From: Bifidobacterium breve
Lineage (GTDB): Bacteria; Actinomycetota; Actinomycetes; S36-B12
Reading direction: 5' to 3'
Assembly (NCBI GenBank): GCA_945877545.1
Contig: CAMCSO010000002.1
Span: 1 to 54,649 of the forward strand
DNA: 54,649 nucleotides
How positions within the stretch are numbered: position 1 is the first letter of the stretch; each line of letters starts with the position of its first letter. The notes beneath the pieces are model-generated. The model made no database searches. It saw only the letters and a list, made by a program, of their open reading frames with translations, and had not been told where the DNA came from. Below are positions 1-10,874 of this stretch, piece after piece. Position numbers and translations under genes: made by a program.

Positions 1-858
1 ATCGTGGCTCGGCGCATGACACGACCACTCCGAGCAGCGCGCGATGCCGCCAACGAGATGGCCGGGGGGTCCCGCGATGTGCGGCTTGCGCCGGAAGGCC
101 CGAGCGAGATTGCTGACATTGCCGTGTCGCTCAACCATCTCAGTTCCGCGCTGGCGATCTCGGAGGGGCGCCAGCGGGAGTTCCTCATGTCCGTCTCACA
201 CGAATTACGCACCCCCCTGACGGCGGTGAAGGGATATGCCGAGGCCCTCGCCGACGGTGTCGTAGCCCAGGAGGATGTCGCACGGACCGGTGCCACGATG
301 GGCGCCGAAGCCGAACGACTCGATCGACTGGTCAAGGACCTCCTTGACCTCGCCAGACTCGGCGCAGTCACCTTTCGGCTGAACCCGAGTCCAAGTGACC
401 TCGTGGAGATTGGCACCGAAGCGTCGGCTGTCTGGGCTCATCGATGTGCTCGCGAGAACGTCAGGTTCGTACCGGAGCTGCAGACGTCCGCCTTGCCGCT
501 CACGACAGACTCGATGCGGGTTCGTCAGATCATCGATAACCTCATCGAGAATGCACTCAGGGTGTCGCCTGCCGGATCTGTCATCGTGCTCGCGGTGCGG
601 CGCGAGCTAGGTTGGGCTGTTGTAGAAGTGCGCGACTCAGGGCCCGGGCTCACTGCCGATGACCTCACCGTGGCCTTCGAGCCGGGAGTGCTCCACGAGC
701 GGTATCGAGGCGTACGTCCGGTGGGCACGGGTCTGGGCCTAGCCATGGTCGGCCGCCTTGCAACGGGACTCGGGGGATTCGCCGAAGTCGGTACTGCACC
801 TGAGGGTGGTGCCTGTTTCACCGTTCGACTGCCGCCCGACGAGTCACCGGCGACGTAG
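1..858 (+). CDS. Sensor histidine kinase, C-terminal part (5' end lies outside the window)
   Basis: The reading frame is open from base 1. It carries a HAMP-like linker, the HisKA H-box SHELRTPL, and the HATPase motifs DNLIENA, DSGPGL and GTGLGLA. Confidence 0.85.
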   Translation: MVARRMTRPLRAARDAANEMAGGSRDVRLAPEGPSEIADIAVSLNHLSSALAISEGRQREFLMSVSHELRTPLTAVKGYAEALADGVVAQEDVARTGATMGAEAERLDRLVKDLLDLARLGAVTFRLNPSPSDLVEIGTEASAVWAHRCARENVRFVPELQTSALPLTTDSMRVRQIIDNLIENALRVSPAGSVIVLAVRRELGWAVVEVRDSGPGLTADDLTVAFEPGVLHERYRGVRPVGTGLGLAMVGRLATGLGGFAEVGTAPEGGACFTVRLPPDESPAT

Positions 859-933
859 TCTTTCAACGTGAATCCGATCAAGTCACCCGACTATCGAGGT
901 GATCATGCATGCGACGACGACATTGTCGAAGCG

Positions 934-1371
934 ATGATCATCGATGTGCGACCACGACGACGCCGTCTCCTTGCGCCCCTGACTGCAGGCGCGGCAGCTG
1001 TCGCTGGCTGCGTGCTCGTCTTCGCCGTCGACCCAAATGAGCCAGGCCACTATCCGATCTGCCCCACCCGCGCGCTCCTCGGCATCGACTGCCCTGGCTG
1101 TGGGCTCATGCGAGGTACCCACGACCTCCTTCACGGGAATCTCGCTGGGGCCGTGGACCACAATCTCCTCATTCCGGTGCTCGCGCCGCTCGTGCTCCTT
1201 TTGTGGCTGGGATGGCTCAAGCGTGCAAGCACCGGAATCCGGCCCGCCGTGACGCGTCGGCGTTTCCGCGAGCGCAACCGACTCCTCGTCGTCGGCCTCG
1301 CGCTACTGCTCGCCTTCGGCGTCGTCCGGAACTTCGTCCCCTACCTCGGCTCGGGTTCATCACTTGGGTGA
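934..1371 (+). CDS. DUF2752-family small membrane protein
   Basis: Has the CPGCGLMRG motif followed by hydrophobic helices. The track ORF starts at GTG 868; the ATG at 934 (MIIDVRPRRRR...) looks more plausible, but the start is uncertain. Confidence 0.55.
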   Translation: MIIDVRPRRRRLLAPLTAGAAAVAGCVLVFAVDPNEPGHYPICPTRALLGIDCPGCGLMRGTHDLLHGNLAGAVDHNLLIPVLAPLVLLLWLGWLKRASTGIRPAVTRRRFRERNRLLVVGLALLLAFGVVRNFVPYLGSGSSLG

Positions 1372-1419
1372 TGCGCAGTCCCTGCACCGCTGGGCCTGTG
1401 CTCGCACCAATCTCAAGAC

Positions 1420-2247
1420 GTGGCTAATGTTGGCATCGTGACGGTACTGGACGACATCCTCGCTGGCGTGCGTGAGGATCTTGAAGAGCGCATGGCCGCG
1501 GTGTCAATTGACCAGCTCAAGGTGCGTGCTCAACAGGCCCGGCCGGCTGTCGACCCCTATCCCATTCTCAAGAGCGCAGGTGTCTCGGTCATCGCGGAGG
1601 TCAAGCGATCGAGTCCAAGCCGCGGCGTGCTGGCGGATATCAGCAGCCCCGCCTCGTTGGCGATTGACTATGAGGCTGGTGGCGCGGCCTGTATCAGCGT
1701 TCTTACCGAGCAGCGCAGGTTTGGCGGCAGTCTCGCCGATCTCGAGGCAGTGCGGGCCTCGGTAGAAATACCGTTGCTGCGCAAAGATTTCATCGTCACG
1801 AGTTACCAACTGTGGGAGGCTAAGGCATCGGGTGCAGACATGGTGCTCCTCATCGTCGCGGCGCTGGATCAGCAGGCTCTTGTGAGTCTGATCGAGCGCA
1901 CCCGCAGCCTTGGGCTCACCCCTCTGGTCGAGGTACATGACGCAGATGAGGTCGGCCGCGCTATTGACGCTGGTGCAACCATCATCGGCGTCAATGCTCG
2001 AGACCTTCGCACCCTTGAGGTGGATCGAACTCAGTTCAACCGGGTTGCTCCTCTCATCCCCGATACTTGTGTGAAGATCGCCGAGTCCGGCGTACGAGAT
2101 GCCCGCGACCTCATCGCCTACGCCGAGTTCGGTGCCGATGCGGTGCTCGTCGGAGAGAGTCTCGTCACGACGAAGAACCCTCGGACCGCAGTTCACGAAC
2201 TGGTCACCGCCGGTGCTCATCCAGCCCTACGACATGGACGGAGTTGA
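1420..2247 (+). CDS. trpC: Indole-3-glycerol-phosphate synthase
   Basis: Motifs [10 protein letters not shown] and LRKDF, length of 275 aa, and position directly upstream of trpB. Confidence 0.9.
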   Translation: MANVGIVTVLDDILAGVREDLEERMAAVSIDQLKVRAQQARPAVDPYPILKSAGVSVIAEVKRSSPSRGVLADISSPASLAIDYEAGGAACISVLTEQRRFGGSLADLEAVRASVEIPLLRKDFIVTSYQLWEAKASGADMVLLIVAALDQQALVSLIERTRSLGLTPLVEVHDADEVGRAIDAGATIIGVNARDLRTLEVDRTQFNRVAPLIPDTCVKIAESGVRDARDLIAYAEFGADAVLVGESLVTTKNPRTAVHELVTAGAHPALRHGRS

Positions 2248-2250
2248 CCG

Positions 2251-3501
2251 ATGGCGGTCATGCTCGAAACCACGATTGCCCCCGGCCACTACGGACCCTA
2301 CGGCGGTCGGTTCGTCCCCGAGGCGCTCACCGCCGCGCTCGACCAACTCGATCGTGAGTTTCGGGCGGCGCTCGCCGACGAGTCCTTTACCCATCGGCTG
2401 AGCGAGCTTGAGCGCACCTACACCGGGCGCCCCAATCCGCTCACCCTCGCGCGCAGGTTCAGTGAGCACTGCGGCGGCGCCACCGTCTATTTCAAGCGCG
2501 AAGACCTCAACCACACCGGATCACACAAGATCAACAACGTGCTAGGCCAAGCACTGCTCGCCGAGCGAATGGGCAAGACAAGGCTCATCGCTGAGACGGG
2601 TGCCGGCCAGCACGGCGTCGCCACGGCTACCGCCGCCGCACTGCTCGGCCTCGAATGCGTCGTGTACATGGGCGAGGAGGATACGAGGCGTCAAGCGCTC
2701 AATGTCGCGCGAATGAAACTGCTCGGTGCCGAGGTCATCCCGGTCACGACGGGCAGCAAGACCCTCAAGGACGCCATTAACGAGGCCATGCGCGACTGGG
2801 TCTCGACGGTCGAGCAGACCCACTACGTGCTCGGCACGGTGACCGGACCTGCACCGTTCCCCGAGGTGGTTCGAACCTTCCACCAGGTCATCGGTCGGGA
2901 GGCACGGGCCCAGATCCTCGAGGCGGAGGGCCGACTCCCGGATGCGATCGTGGCCTGCGTCGGCGGGGGATCGAACGCTATGGGGCTTTTCAGTGGCTTC
3001 ATCGACGATCCCGAGGTTCAGTTGCGCGGGTACGAGGCCGGCGGATCCGGGGTCGAGACCGGCAAGCACGCCGCGCGGTTCGCCGCTGGCACGCCGGGTG
3101 TCCTCCACGGTGCCCGCACCTACGTGATGCAAGACGAGTGGGGCCAGACGGTTCCGTCGCATTCCATCAGCGCTGGCCTCGACTACCCGGGGGTCGGCCC
3201 TGAGCATGCCTGGCTGCATGACACGGGGCGCGCCACGTACACGCCGATCAACGATGATGAGGCGATGGAGGCCTTTCGGGTGCTTTGCCGGACTGAGGGC
3301 ATCATCCCGGCGATTGAGACCGCGCACGCGCTGGCCGGGGCGATGCGACTTGGACGCGAGCTCGGTCCGGATTCGATCATCATTGTCAACCTCTCGGGAC
3401 GGGGCGATAAGGACGTTGCAACGGCCGCCCGGTGGTTCGGTATCGATCTTGGAGGCGCTGCCTCCGATGCACTTTCAGTCGAGATGGCGGAGGGACGTTG
3501 A
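2251..3501 (+). CDS. trpB: Tryptophan synthase beta chain
   Basis: PLP-lysine motif [17 protein letters not shown], 416 aa. Confidence 0.96.
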   Translation: MAVMLETTIAPGHYGPYGGRFVPEALTAALDQLDREFRAALADESFTHRLSELERTYTGRPNPLTLARRFSEHCGGATVYFKREDLNHTGSHKINNVLGQALLAERMGKTRLIAETGAGQHGVATATAAALLGLECVVYMGEEDTRRQALNVARMKLLGAEVIPVTTGSKTLKDAINEAMRDWVSTVEQTHYVLGTVTGPAPFPEVVRTFHQVIGREARAQILEAEGRLPDAIVACVGGGSNAMGLFSGFIDDPEVQLRGYEAGGSGVETGKHAARFAAGTPGVLHGARTYVMQDEWGQTVPSHSISAGLDYPGVGPEHAWLHDTGRATYTPINDDEAMEAFRVLCRTEGIIPAIETAHALAGAMRLGRELGPDSIIIVNLSGRGDKDVATAARWFGIDLGGAASDALSVEMAEGR

Positions 3502-4295
3502 GTCGTCGACTCGCTGACGTCTTCGCCGAGGCGAGGTCCGAGAACCGGGCTGCACTCATCGGGTACCTTCCGGCCGGCTTCCCTGATCGCGATACCTGCG
3601 TCGATCTCATCTCGACGATGGTGGAGAGCGGGGTCGATGCCATCGAGGTGGGGCTCCCATACTCCGATCCCCTCATGGACGGTGCCGTGATCCAGGAGGC
3701 TGTCGAGCGGGCACTCATCGGCGGGACGACAACCGATGTCGTGCTCGACACGGTGCGTCGCGTGGCGGAGGCCGGCGCCGTCGCCGTTGTCATGTCCTAC
3801 TGGAACCCGATCGAGCGCTACGGCGTCCAGCAGTTCGCAGCCAACCTGGCGAAGGCGGGAGGAGTCGGCGTCATAACACCGGACCTCACTCCTGAGGAGG
3901 CCGGACCCTGGATCGCCGCGACCGACGAGCACAGTATCGACCGAATCTTTCTGGTGGCGCCGTCGTCCACCGATGCCCGCATCGCTACCGTCGTCTCGTC
4001 AACCTCAGGTTTCGTCTATGCCGCGTCAACCATGGGAGTGACGGGGGCCCGGTCCACAGTGAGTACCGGCGCGGGCGATCTCGTTGCACGTACTCGTCGG
4101 CAGACGGCGCTACCGATCGCCGTCGGCCTTGGAGTCTCGACGGGTGAGCAGGCAGCTGAGGTCGCTACGTACGCTGATGGCGTCATCGTCGGCTCTGCGT
4201 TCATCAGGCGAGTCCTTGAGGCCACGGATTCGAGCGCGGCGCGGGAGTCGGTTGCCGCGCTGGCTCGTGAGATGGCCGATGGAGTCCGCGCATGA
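3498..4295 (+). CDS. trpA: Tryptophan synthase alpha chain
   Basis: Motifs GYLPAGFPD and [13 protein letters not shown]. The likely start is TTG 3498, overlapping the trpB stop (3499-3501). The track ORF start at 3432 lies inside trpB. Confidence 0.88.
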   Translation: MSRRLADVFAEARSENRAALIGYLPAGFPDRDTCVDLISTMVESGVDAIEVGLPYSDPLMDGAVIQEAVERALIGGTTTDVVLDTVRRVAEAGAVAVVMSYWNPIERYGVQQFAANLAKAGGVGVITPDLTPEEAGPWIAATDEHSIDRIFLVAPSSTDARIATVVSSTSGFVYAASTMGVTGARSTVSTGAGDLVARTRRQTALPIAVGLGVSTGEQAAEVATYADGVIVGSAFIRRVLEATDSSAARESVAALAREMADGVRA

Positions 4296-4429
4296 ACGTC
4301 GAGAGATCCCTCAGGGGCTCGAACCAACATTCGGCGACGCGCCGAGATGCATGGTGTCCGATCATATGGATGCGAGGATAAAGGCAGTAGACGTTCTCGA
4401 ACCCAACACGAATCAAGGAGAGCAGCAGC

Positions 4430-5230
4430 ATGTCTGACAATGCAACGAATCGCAGGCAGAAGGCGGCGGCGGCCCGGGAGGCATCAAACGCAGGGGAGAG
4501 GCGGCGCGAGCGAACGGTTCGTATCGTGGGTGGGGCGACGGTGCTCGTGGTTGTCGTGGGGATTATCGGTCTCGCGGTGTTTGCGCGATCGACGGATACC
4601 GGACCGGAGGTTGTGACCGCAAGCGCCGACCCTTCAGCACCACTGCCCAAGGGCGTGCTCCCGGCGGGAGACCCACATGAGTACGGGGTGGTCTACGGCA
4701 CAGCGCCCGCTGGCTCGCCGGTCCTCGAAGTATGGGAGGACTTCCAGTGCCCGGCCTGCGGCGCTGTCGAAGCGGCCAATGGCGCCGGGATCGCGCAGCT
4801 TGCCGAGGATGGAAAGGTGACCTTGGTGTGGCGACCGACCACCTTCCTCGATAAGAACCTCGGCAACGACTCGTCCCTGCGCGCCGTGGCTGCCTGGGGT
4901 TGCGCTGTTGATGCAGGGAAGGCGCGCGAGTACCACGACATCGTCTATGCCAACCAGCCTGCAACGGAAGGCAGCGGGTATCCAGAGGACCAACTCATCG
5001 CCTTCGGCACTGAGGCCGGAATCACTGGCGATGCAGCGGCCTCCTTCTCCACGTGCGTGCAGGACGGCACCTACCTTGCGTGGGCTGCGAATAGCACCCA
5101 GGTCTTCTACGACGCCGGTATCCAGGGCACCCCGCTCGCGAAGCTCGACGGTACCGAGATCCCAACCGAGAAGCTCGCAGACAAGGCGGCACTCGACCAG
5201 GTTATCGCCGACGCCCTCGCCGCTAAGTAG
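4430..5230 (+). CDS. Membrane-anchored DsbA-family thiol:disulfide oxidoreductase
   Basis: Basic N-terminus, a single TM helix (VLVVVVGIIGLAVF), a thioredoxin-fold domain with a CPAC active site (WEDFQCPACG), and a GGAG-type RBS upstream. Confidence 0.8.
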   Translation: MSDNATNRRQKAAAAREASNAGERRRERTVRIVGGATVLVVVVGIIGLAVFARSTDTGPEVVTASADPSAPLPKGVLPAGDPHEYGVVYGTAPAGSPVLEVWEDFQCPACGAVEAANGAGIAQLAEDGKVTLVWRPTTFLDKNLGNDSSLRAVAAWGCAVDAGKAREYHDIVYANQPATEGSGYPEDQLIAFGTEAGITGDAAASFSTCVQDGTYLAWAANSTQVFYDAGIQGTPLAKLDGTEIPTEKLADKAALDQVIADALAAK

Positions 5231-5234
5231 CACG

Positions 5235-6152
5235 GTGATGATCCCGGCGTCACTGCCGAGCCCGTCGCAAGGGGTATGGCTCCTCGGGCCGATACCGCTG
5301 AGGGCCTATGCCCTCATCATCATCGCCGGGATCATCGTTGCCGTCTGGTTAGGCAATCGAAGGTACGTCGAGCGCGGTGGGGCACCTGGAACGATCACCG
5401 ATATTGCGATCTGGGCGGTGCCCTTCGGGATCATCGGAGGCCGGTTATACCACGTCCTCAGCGATTCGCAGTTGTATTTCGGTGAGAACGGTGCCGGGTT
5501 CGTGGCGGCCCTACGCATCTGGGACGGAGGCCTAGGGATCTGGGGGGCGGTGAGCCTTGGGGCGGTGGGCGCCTGGATTGGAGCTCGTCGGGCCCATGTT
5601 GCGCTCCCTCCTGTCGGCGATGCAATTGCCCCGGCGATTGCGCTGGCACAGGCGATTGGTCGTTGGGGCAACTGGTTCAACCAAGAACTCTTCGGGGCGC
5701 CAACGACCCTGCCATGGGGTTTGGAAATCGACATTGTCCACCGGCCCGGCGGATACGAGGCGTTCGAGACCTTCCATCCGACGTTCCTGTACGAATCCCT
5801 GTGGATGGTGGGCGTCGCAGTCGTCCTCATCTGGGCTGACCGGCGCTTCACGATGGGTCATGGCCGAGTCTTCGCGTTGTACGTACTCCTCTACTGTGCC
5901 GGTCGCCTGTGGATCGAGTCACTTCGCATCGACTCGGCGAACACCATCCTCGGACTCAGGCTCAACATCTGGACCTCAATCCTTGTCGGTCTCGGTGCGC
6001 TCGCGTACCTGGTGATCTCGTCCAGGCTACGGCCGGGTAGGGAGAACCTCGAGCGACCGGCGGTAGAACCGGATGAACCGGATGAACCGTCAGCGGAACC
6101 GGATGAACCGTCAGCGGAACCGGATGAAATAGCCAAAAACACAGCCACCTGA
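5235..6152 (+). CDS. lgt: Prolipoprotein diacylglyceryl transferase with an acidic repeat tail
   Basis: Signature GRWGNWFNQELFG and multiple TM helices. The true start is GTG 5235 or ATG 5238. The track ORF start at 4908 is an R/S/P-rich out-of-frame overlap with the DsbA-like gene. Confidence 0.9.
   Translation: MMIPASLPSPSQGVWLLGPIPLRAYALIIIAGIIVAVWLGNRRYVERGGAPGTITDIAIWAVPFGIIGGRLYHVLSDSQLYFGENGAGFVAALRIWDGGLGIWGAVSLGAVGAWIGARRAHVALPPVGDAIAPAIALAQAIGRWGNWFNQELFGAPTTLPWGLEIDIVHRPGGYEAFETFHPTFLYESLWMVGVAVVLIWADRRFTMGHGRVFALYVLLYCAGRLWIESLRIDSANTILGLRLNIWTSILVGLGALAYLVISSRLRPGRENLERPAVEPDEPDEPSAEPDEPSAEPDEIAKNTAT
6066..6128 (+). repeat. In-frame tandem repeat in the lgt 3' end (21-bp unit gaaccggatgaaccgtcagcg x2, plus flanking 9-bp gaaccggat sub-repeats)
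   Basis: Read directly. Units at 6075-6095 and 6096-6116 are identical, with partial copies on both sides. The repeat encodes EPDEPDEPSAEPDEPSAEPDE. Confidence 0.85.
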
Positions 6153-6216
6153 CCACTCCCCCCGTCATTTGAGCCGGATTCCGGTCGAAATGACTGGGGG
6201 AGTGGTCATTTGGGGG
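6153..6216. repeat. Palindromic intergenic repeat, copy A (long hairpin right after the lgt stop; a plausible terminator)
   Basis: The arm ccactccccccgtcattt pairs with aaatgactgggggagtgg (17/18) around the core gagccggattccggtcg. A further ggtcatttggggg half-copy follows at 6204-6216. Confidence 0.7.
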
Positions 6217-6344
6217 TGATAGTGGTTGGTTCATCCCGATTTGATACTGTGTGCCCTTGGGCCAACGTCGTCCCTCCAGATCAATCAAGGTTCGGATCTT
6301 CGGATCGTTCCTTGGCATCTGCTATGACGACGATTGGATGACCG

Positions 6345-9300
6345 ATGGAACTCCACAACCCCGACCTACCTAGGGCCCAGGGCCTATATGACCCGGCGCG
6401 TGAGCACGATGCCTGCGGGGTCGCGTTCCTTGCGACCCTCACCGGAGTCCCGTCGCACCGCATCGTGGCAGATGCCCTCACCGCCCTGCGCAATCTCGAG
6501 CACCGGGGCGCATCGGGCAGTGAGCCCGACAGTGGCGATGGCGCCGGCATCCTGTTCCAGGTTCCCGATGCATTTCTCCGGGCAGTTGTCGAGTTCGAGC
6601 TCCCTGGCCCCGGACGGTACGCGGTCGGCACCGGATTCCTCCCGGTTGATGCGCAGGCACGGGATGCGGTCAAGCGAGCAATCGAGGCGATTGCCGTCGA
6701 TGAGGGAGTCACGGTGCTCGGCTGGCGGGTCGTTCCGATCGATCCGAGCCTGGTCGGTGCCACTGCCCGCAACGTCATGCCCTGGTTCGAGCAGCTTTTC
6801 GTCTCCGCTGGTGCGCTCGGGGGGCTGGAGCTCGACCGGGTGGTATTCGCCCTGCGCAAGCGGGCCGAACACGAGACCGGCGTCTATTTCCCCTCTCTCT
6901 CGGCTCGAACCCTCGTTTACAAGGGAATGCTCACAACGGGGCAGCTCGAGCCCTTCTACCCTGATCTGTCGGACAGCCGCGTTGCGTCCGCGCTCGCGCT
7001 CGTCCACTCTCGCTTCTCGACGAACACCTTTCCCTCGTGGCCCTTGGCTCATCCCTACCGATTCATTTCGCACAACGGCGAGATCAACACTGTGCAGGGC
7101 AACCGCAACTGGATGCAGGCACGCGAGTCGATGCTCACATCCGGCATCCTCCCCGGCGCCCTGACCCGACTGTTCCCGGTCTGCTCCCCGGGGAGCAGCG
7201 ACTCAGGTTCGTTCGACGAGGTGCTGGAGTTCATTCACTTGGGCGGACGGTCGCTTCCACATGCCGTGCTCATGATGATCCCTGAAGCGTGGGAGAACAA
7301 TCCGACGATGGACCCAGCCCGCCGGGCGTTCTACGAATTCCACTCGACCCTAATGGAGCCGTGGGACGGGCCAGCGAATGTGTGCTTCAGTGACGGGAGC
7401 ATTATCGGCGCGGTCCTTGATCGCAACGGGCTTCGTCCGGGCAGATTCTGGGTGACCGACGATGGCCTGGTCGTGCTCGCGTCCGAGACCGGGGTCCTCG
7501 AACTCGATCCCGCGACAATCGTGCGCAAGGGTCGACTCCAGCCGGGCCGAATGTTCCTCGTCGACACGGTAGCCGGACGCATCATCGAAGACGACGAGGT
7601 GAAGGCGGAACTCGCGGCTGCCGCTCCCTACGGCAATTGGCTGGAGTCCGGCCTCGTGCACCTTGAGGAGCTTCCCGAGCGCGAGCACATCGTTCACACA
7701 CCAGAGTCGGTTGCGCGGCGGCAGCAGACCTTCGGATACACGGAGGAGGATCTGAGGATCATCCTCGAACCGATGGCGCGCACGGGGGCTGAGGCGATCG
7801 GCTCGATGGGGACGGATACCCCGGTCGCCGTACTATCGGCCCGGCCCCGCCTGGTATTCGACTACTTCCAGCAACTGTTTGCCCAGGTGACGAATCCGCC
7901 GCTGGACTCAATCCGAGAGGAAATCGTCACCTCCCTTTCGAGCCACGTCGGGCCGGAGGGCAACCTCCTTGAGGCAACGGCTGCACATGCCGCTCAAGTG
8001 GTACTCCCGTTCCCCGTCATCGACAACGATGAACTGTCGAAGGTCCTGCACATCAACGCCGACGGCACCCAGCCGCGGTTCGCCGGGGTTCGCATTTCCG
8101 GCCTCTACCCGGTCGCGGGCGGCGGTGAGGCACTCGAGCGGCGGCTGGCAGAGATCTTCAACGAGGTCGATGCGGTCATCCGGCAGGGCAAGCGGTTCAT
8201 CGTTTTGTCGGACCGCGACAGCAACGTCGAGAAGGCTCCGATTCCTTCGCTGCTCCTCTGCGCGGCCGTGCACCATCACCTCGTTCGGACCAAGGCACGC
8301 ACAATGGTGTCCATGCTTGTTGAGGCGGGTGATGTGCGTGAGGTGCATCACGTGGCGCTCCTCGTCGGCTACGGGGCGGCGGCGGTCAACCCGTACCTCG
8401 CCCTCGAGACCGTCGAAGACCTCGCCCGGCGCGGGGTCATCCCTGACACGACGCCGGAGCGCGCGATGCGCAACCTCGTGAAGTCTCTTGGTAAGGGCCT
8501 GCTCAAGGTCATGTCCAAGATGGGGGTCTCAACGGTCGCCTCGTACCGCGGTGCCCAGATTTTCGAGGCGGTGGGGCTGTCGACATCGCTTGTTGCAGAC
8601 CACTTCACCGGAACCTCGTCGAAGCTTGGCGGTGTCGGGCTCGACGTTCTCGCGGCAGAGGTCGCGGCCCGTCACGCTGTGGCGTACCCACCATCGGGTA
8701 TCGCACCTGCTCACCGCACCTTGAACGTGGGCGGTGAGTACCAGTGGCGACGGGAGGGTGAGGCACACCTGTTCGACCCTGAGACCGTGTTCCGGCTGCA
8801 GCATTCGACGCGCAACAAGCGGTTCGACATCTTCCGCGAGTACAGCGCAGGCGTCGACGATCAGGCGACCCGTCTGATGACTCTGCGCGGACTGTTCGGC
8901 TTCCGCGAGGGGCTACGTCCACCCGTCCCGATCGAGGAGGTGGAGCCTGCCGCCGAGATCATCCGGCGGTTCTCGACCGGCGCGATGTCCTACGGCTCCA
9001 TCTCCGCCGAGGCCCACGAGACCTTGGCGATCGCGATGAACCGTCTTGGCGCGAAGTCAAACACGGGGGAGGGCGGTGAGGATCCGGAGCGCTTCACTCC
9101 GATGGCAGGTGGTGACTCGAAGCGATCGGCGATCAAGCAGGTGGCTTCTGGACGCTTCGGGGTGACGAGCGAATACCTCGTCAACGCCGATGACATCCAG
9201 ATCAAGATGGCCCAGGGAGCGAAGCCGGGCGAGGGTGGACAACTCCCGGGCCACAAGGTGTACCCATGGATTGCGAAGACCCGGCATTCGACCCCGGGCG

Positions 9301-10874
9301 TGGGGCTTATCTCGCCCCCGCCGCACCACGACATCTATTCGATCGAAGATCTCGCCCAGCTCATCCATGACCTGAAGAATGCCAATCCGCAGGCCCGGAT
9401 CCATGTCAAGCTCGTATCGGAGGTCGGGGTCGGTACGGTGGCAGCAGGCGTGGCGAAGGCCCATGCCGACGTCATCCTTATTTCAGGCCACGACGGAGGC
9501 ACCGGGGCTTCACCCCTCACATCGCTCAAGCACGCCGGGACCCCGTGGGAGCTCGGGCTGGCCGAAACCCAGCAAACCCTCATGATCAATGGCCTGCGCG
9601 ATCGGGTCGTGGTGCAGGCAGACGGCCAACTCAAGACTGGCCGCGACGTCATCATCGCTGCGCTGCTCGGTGCGGAGGAGTTCGGCTTCGCGACCGCGCC
9701 GCTCGTCGTGAGCGGTTGCATCATGATGCGGGTATGCCACCTAGATACCTGCCCGGTTGGCGTGGCCACCCAGAATCCGGTGCTTCGGGAACGCTTCACC
9801 GGCAAGCCGGAGTTCGTGGAGACCTTCTTCGAGTACATCGCGCAGGAGGTGCGCGAGTACCTCGCCGCACTCGGCTTCCGTTCAATGGAGGAAGCCGTCG
9901 GCCAGGTCGAATCACTCGACACGCTGGCAGCGGTTCGGCATTGGAAGTCGCAGGGGCTCGATCTCGAGCCGATTCTCCACGCTCCCGCCGTGGAAGGGGC
10001 TCCTCGACGACGGATGGTTACTCAGGACCACGGGCTCGATCGTGCATTGGACGTCGAACTTCTCGCTCTGTGCGAGCCGTCACTTGACCGGGCGGAGCCG
10101 GTTCGGGCCCAGTTGCCTGTGCGCAATGTCAATCGCACGGTCGGCACCATGCTCGGATCGGAGGTGACTCGCCGGTATGGCGGTCAGGGACTCCCTGACG
10201 GAACCATCGACCTGACATTCATCGGTTCGGCTGGGCAGTCGTTCGGGGCCTTCATTCCCAGGGGGATGACCCTGCGGCTCGAGGGCGACGCGAATGACTA
10301 CGTGGGAAAGGGTCTGTCGGGTGGGCGAATCATCATCAGGCCGTCCCGCGCCGCGGTGTTCGATGCCCACGACAACATCATCGCCGGCAATGTCATCGGG
10401 TACGGTGCCACTGCTGGAGAGATCTACCTGCGCGGCCGGGCTGGGGAGCGGTTCTGCGTCCGCAATTCTGGCGCTACCGCGGTGGTGGAGGGCGTGGGGG
10501 ACCATGCCTGTGAGTACATGACTGGTGGTCGCGTGGTCATCCTTGGCGAAACGGGTCGAAATCTTGGTGCGGGCATGTCCGGTGGGATTGCATTCGTGCT
10601 TGACCTCGATCCAGGAAGCGTGAACCCCGAGATGGTCGACCTCGATCCACTCGACGAGGACGACACCGATGAACTCCACGGAATTCTCATGCGACATGGT
10701 GAGGAGACCGAGTCGACGCTGGTAGGGGTGGTCCTCTGCGATTGGCCCGCGGCGCGGGCGCGGTTCACGAAGGTGATGCCCAAGGATTACAAGCGCGTGA
10801 TGCAATTGACAGCACAGGCGGTCGAGCAAGGGCTCGATCCGATGGTTCTCGTGATGGGAGGCGGCCGTGGCTGA
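6345..10874 (+). CDS. gltB: Glutamate synthase (NADPH) large subunit
   Basis: 1509 aa. N-terminal amidotransferase motif [12 protein letters not shown]/synthase domain ([15 protein letters not shown]), and a C-terminal GXGXG beta-helix domain. Confidence 0.97.
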   Translation: MELHNPDLPRAQGLYDPAREHDACGVAFLATLTGVPSHRIVADALTALRNLEHRGASGSEPDSGDGAGILFQVPDAFLRAVVEFELPGPGRYAVGTGFLPVDAQARDAVKRAIEAIAVDEGVTVLGWRVVPIDPSLVGATARNVMPWFEQLFVSAGALGGLELDRVVFALRKRAEHETGVYFPSLSARTLVYKGMLTTGQLEPFYPDLSDSRVASALALVHSRFSTNTFPSWPLAHPYRFISHNGEINTVQGNRNWMQARESMLTSGILPGALTRLFPVCSPGSSDSGSFDEVLEFIHLGGRSLPHAVLMMIPEAWENNPTMDPARRAFYEFHSTLMEPWDGPANVCFSDGSIIGAVLDRNGLRPGRFWVTDDGLVVLASETGVLELDPATIVRKGRLQPGRMFLVDTVAGRIIEDDEVKAELAAAAPYGNWLESGLVHLEELPEREHIVHTPESVARRQQTFGYTEEDLRIILEPMARTGAEAIGSMGTDTPVAVLSARPRLVFDYFQQLFAQVTNPPLDSIREEIVTSLSSHVGPEGNLLEATAAHAAQVVLPFPVIDNDELSKVLHINADGTQPRFAGVRISGLYPVAGGGEALERRLAEIFNEVDAVIRQGKRFIVLSDRDSNVEKAPIPSLLLCAAVHHHLVRTKARTMVSMLVEAGDVREVHHVALLVGYGAAAVNPYLALETVEDLARRGVIPDTTPERAMRNLVKSLGKGLLKVMSKMGVSTVASYRGAQIFEAVGLSTSLVADHFTGTSSKLGGVGLDVLAAEVAARHAVAYPPSGIAPAHRTLNVGGEYQWRREGEAHLFDPETVFRLQHSTRNKRFDIFREYSAGVDDQATRLMTLRGLFGFREGLRPPVPIEEVEPAAEIIRRFSTGAMSYGSISAEAHETLAIAMNRLGAKSNTGEGGEDPERFTPMAGGDSKRSAIKQVASGRFGVTSEYLVNADDIQIKMAQGAKPGEGGQLPGHKVYPWIAKTRHSTPGVGLISPPPHHDIYSIEDLAQLIHDLKNANPQARIHVKLVSEVGVGTVAAGVAKAHADVILISGHDGGTGASPLTSLKHAGTPWELGLAETQQTLMINGLRDRVVVQADGQLKTGRDVIIAALLGAEEFGFATAPLVVSGCIMMRVCHLDTCPVGVATQNPVLRERFTGKPEFVETFFEYIAQEVREYLAALGFRSMEEAVGQVESLDTLAAVRHWKSQGLDLEPILHAPAVEGAPRRRMVTQDHGLDRALDVELLALCEPSLDRAEPVRAQLPVRNVNRTVGTMLGSEVTRRYGGQGLPDGTIDLTFIGSAGQSFGAFIPRGMTLRLEGDANDYVGKGLSGGRIIIRPSRAAVFDAHDNIIAGNVIGYGATAGEIYLRGRAGERFCVRNSGATAVVEGVGDHACEYMTGGRVVILGETGRNLGAGMSGGIAFVLDLDPGSVNPEMVDLDPLDEDDTDELHGILMRHGEETESTLVGVVLCDWPAARARFTKVMPKDYKRVMQLTAQAVEQGLDPMVLVMGGGRG

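Noticed and set aside
4296-4335. The - strand sequence GGTTCGAGCCCC, which resembles a tRNA T-arm/T-loop.
   Set aside because: The flanking bases do not form a 5-bp T-stem, and no acceptor stem, anticodon arm or D-arm can be drawn. There is no CCA-proximal pairing. It appears to be coincidental.
4908-5234. A 5' extension of the lgt ORF (track start 4908) that would overlap the DsbA-like gene by ~320 nt.
   Set aside because: The extension is an R/S/P/T-rich out-of-frame read of the dsbA-like gene. The conserved Lgt N-terminus begins at GTG 5235 or ATG 5238, right after the dsbA-like stop. The same logic was applied to the track extensions of trpA (3432), carA (16396), rpoZ (24789), fmt (30449), rsmB (31333), the thioesterase (37945), the livF-like gene (40645) and DUF2461 (44388).
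6216-6344. A possible nitrogen-regulator (GlnR/AmtR) box upstream of gltB, including the ggatc-ttc-ggatc direct repeat near 6293-6305.
   Set aside because: I could not match it to the GlnR (gTnAc-n6-GaAAc) or AmtR (CTAT-N-ATAG) consensus. The repeat is short enough to be chance.
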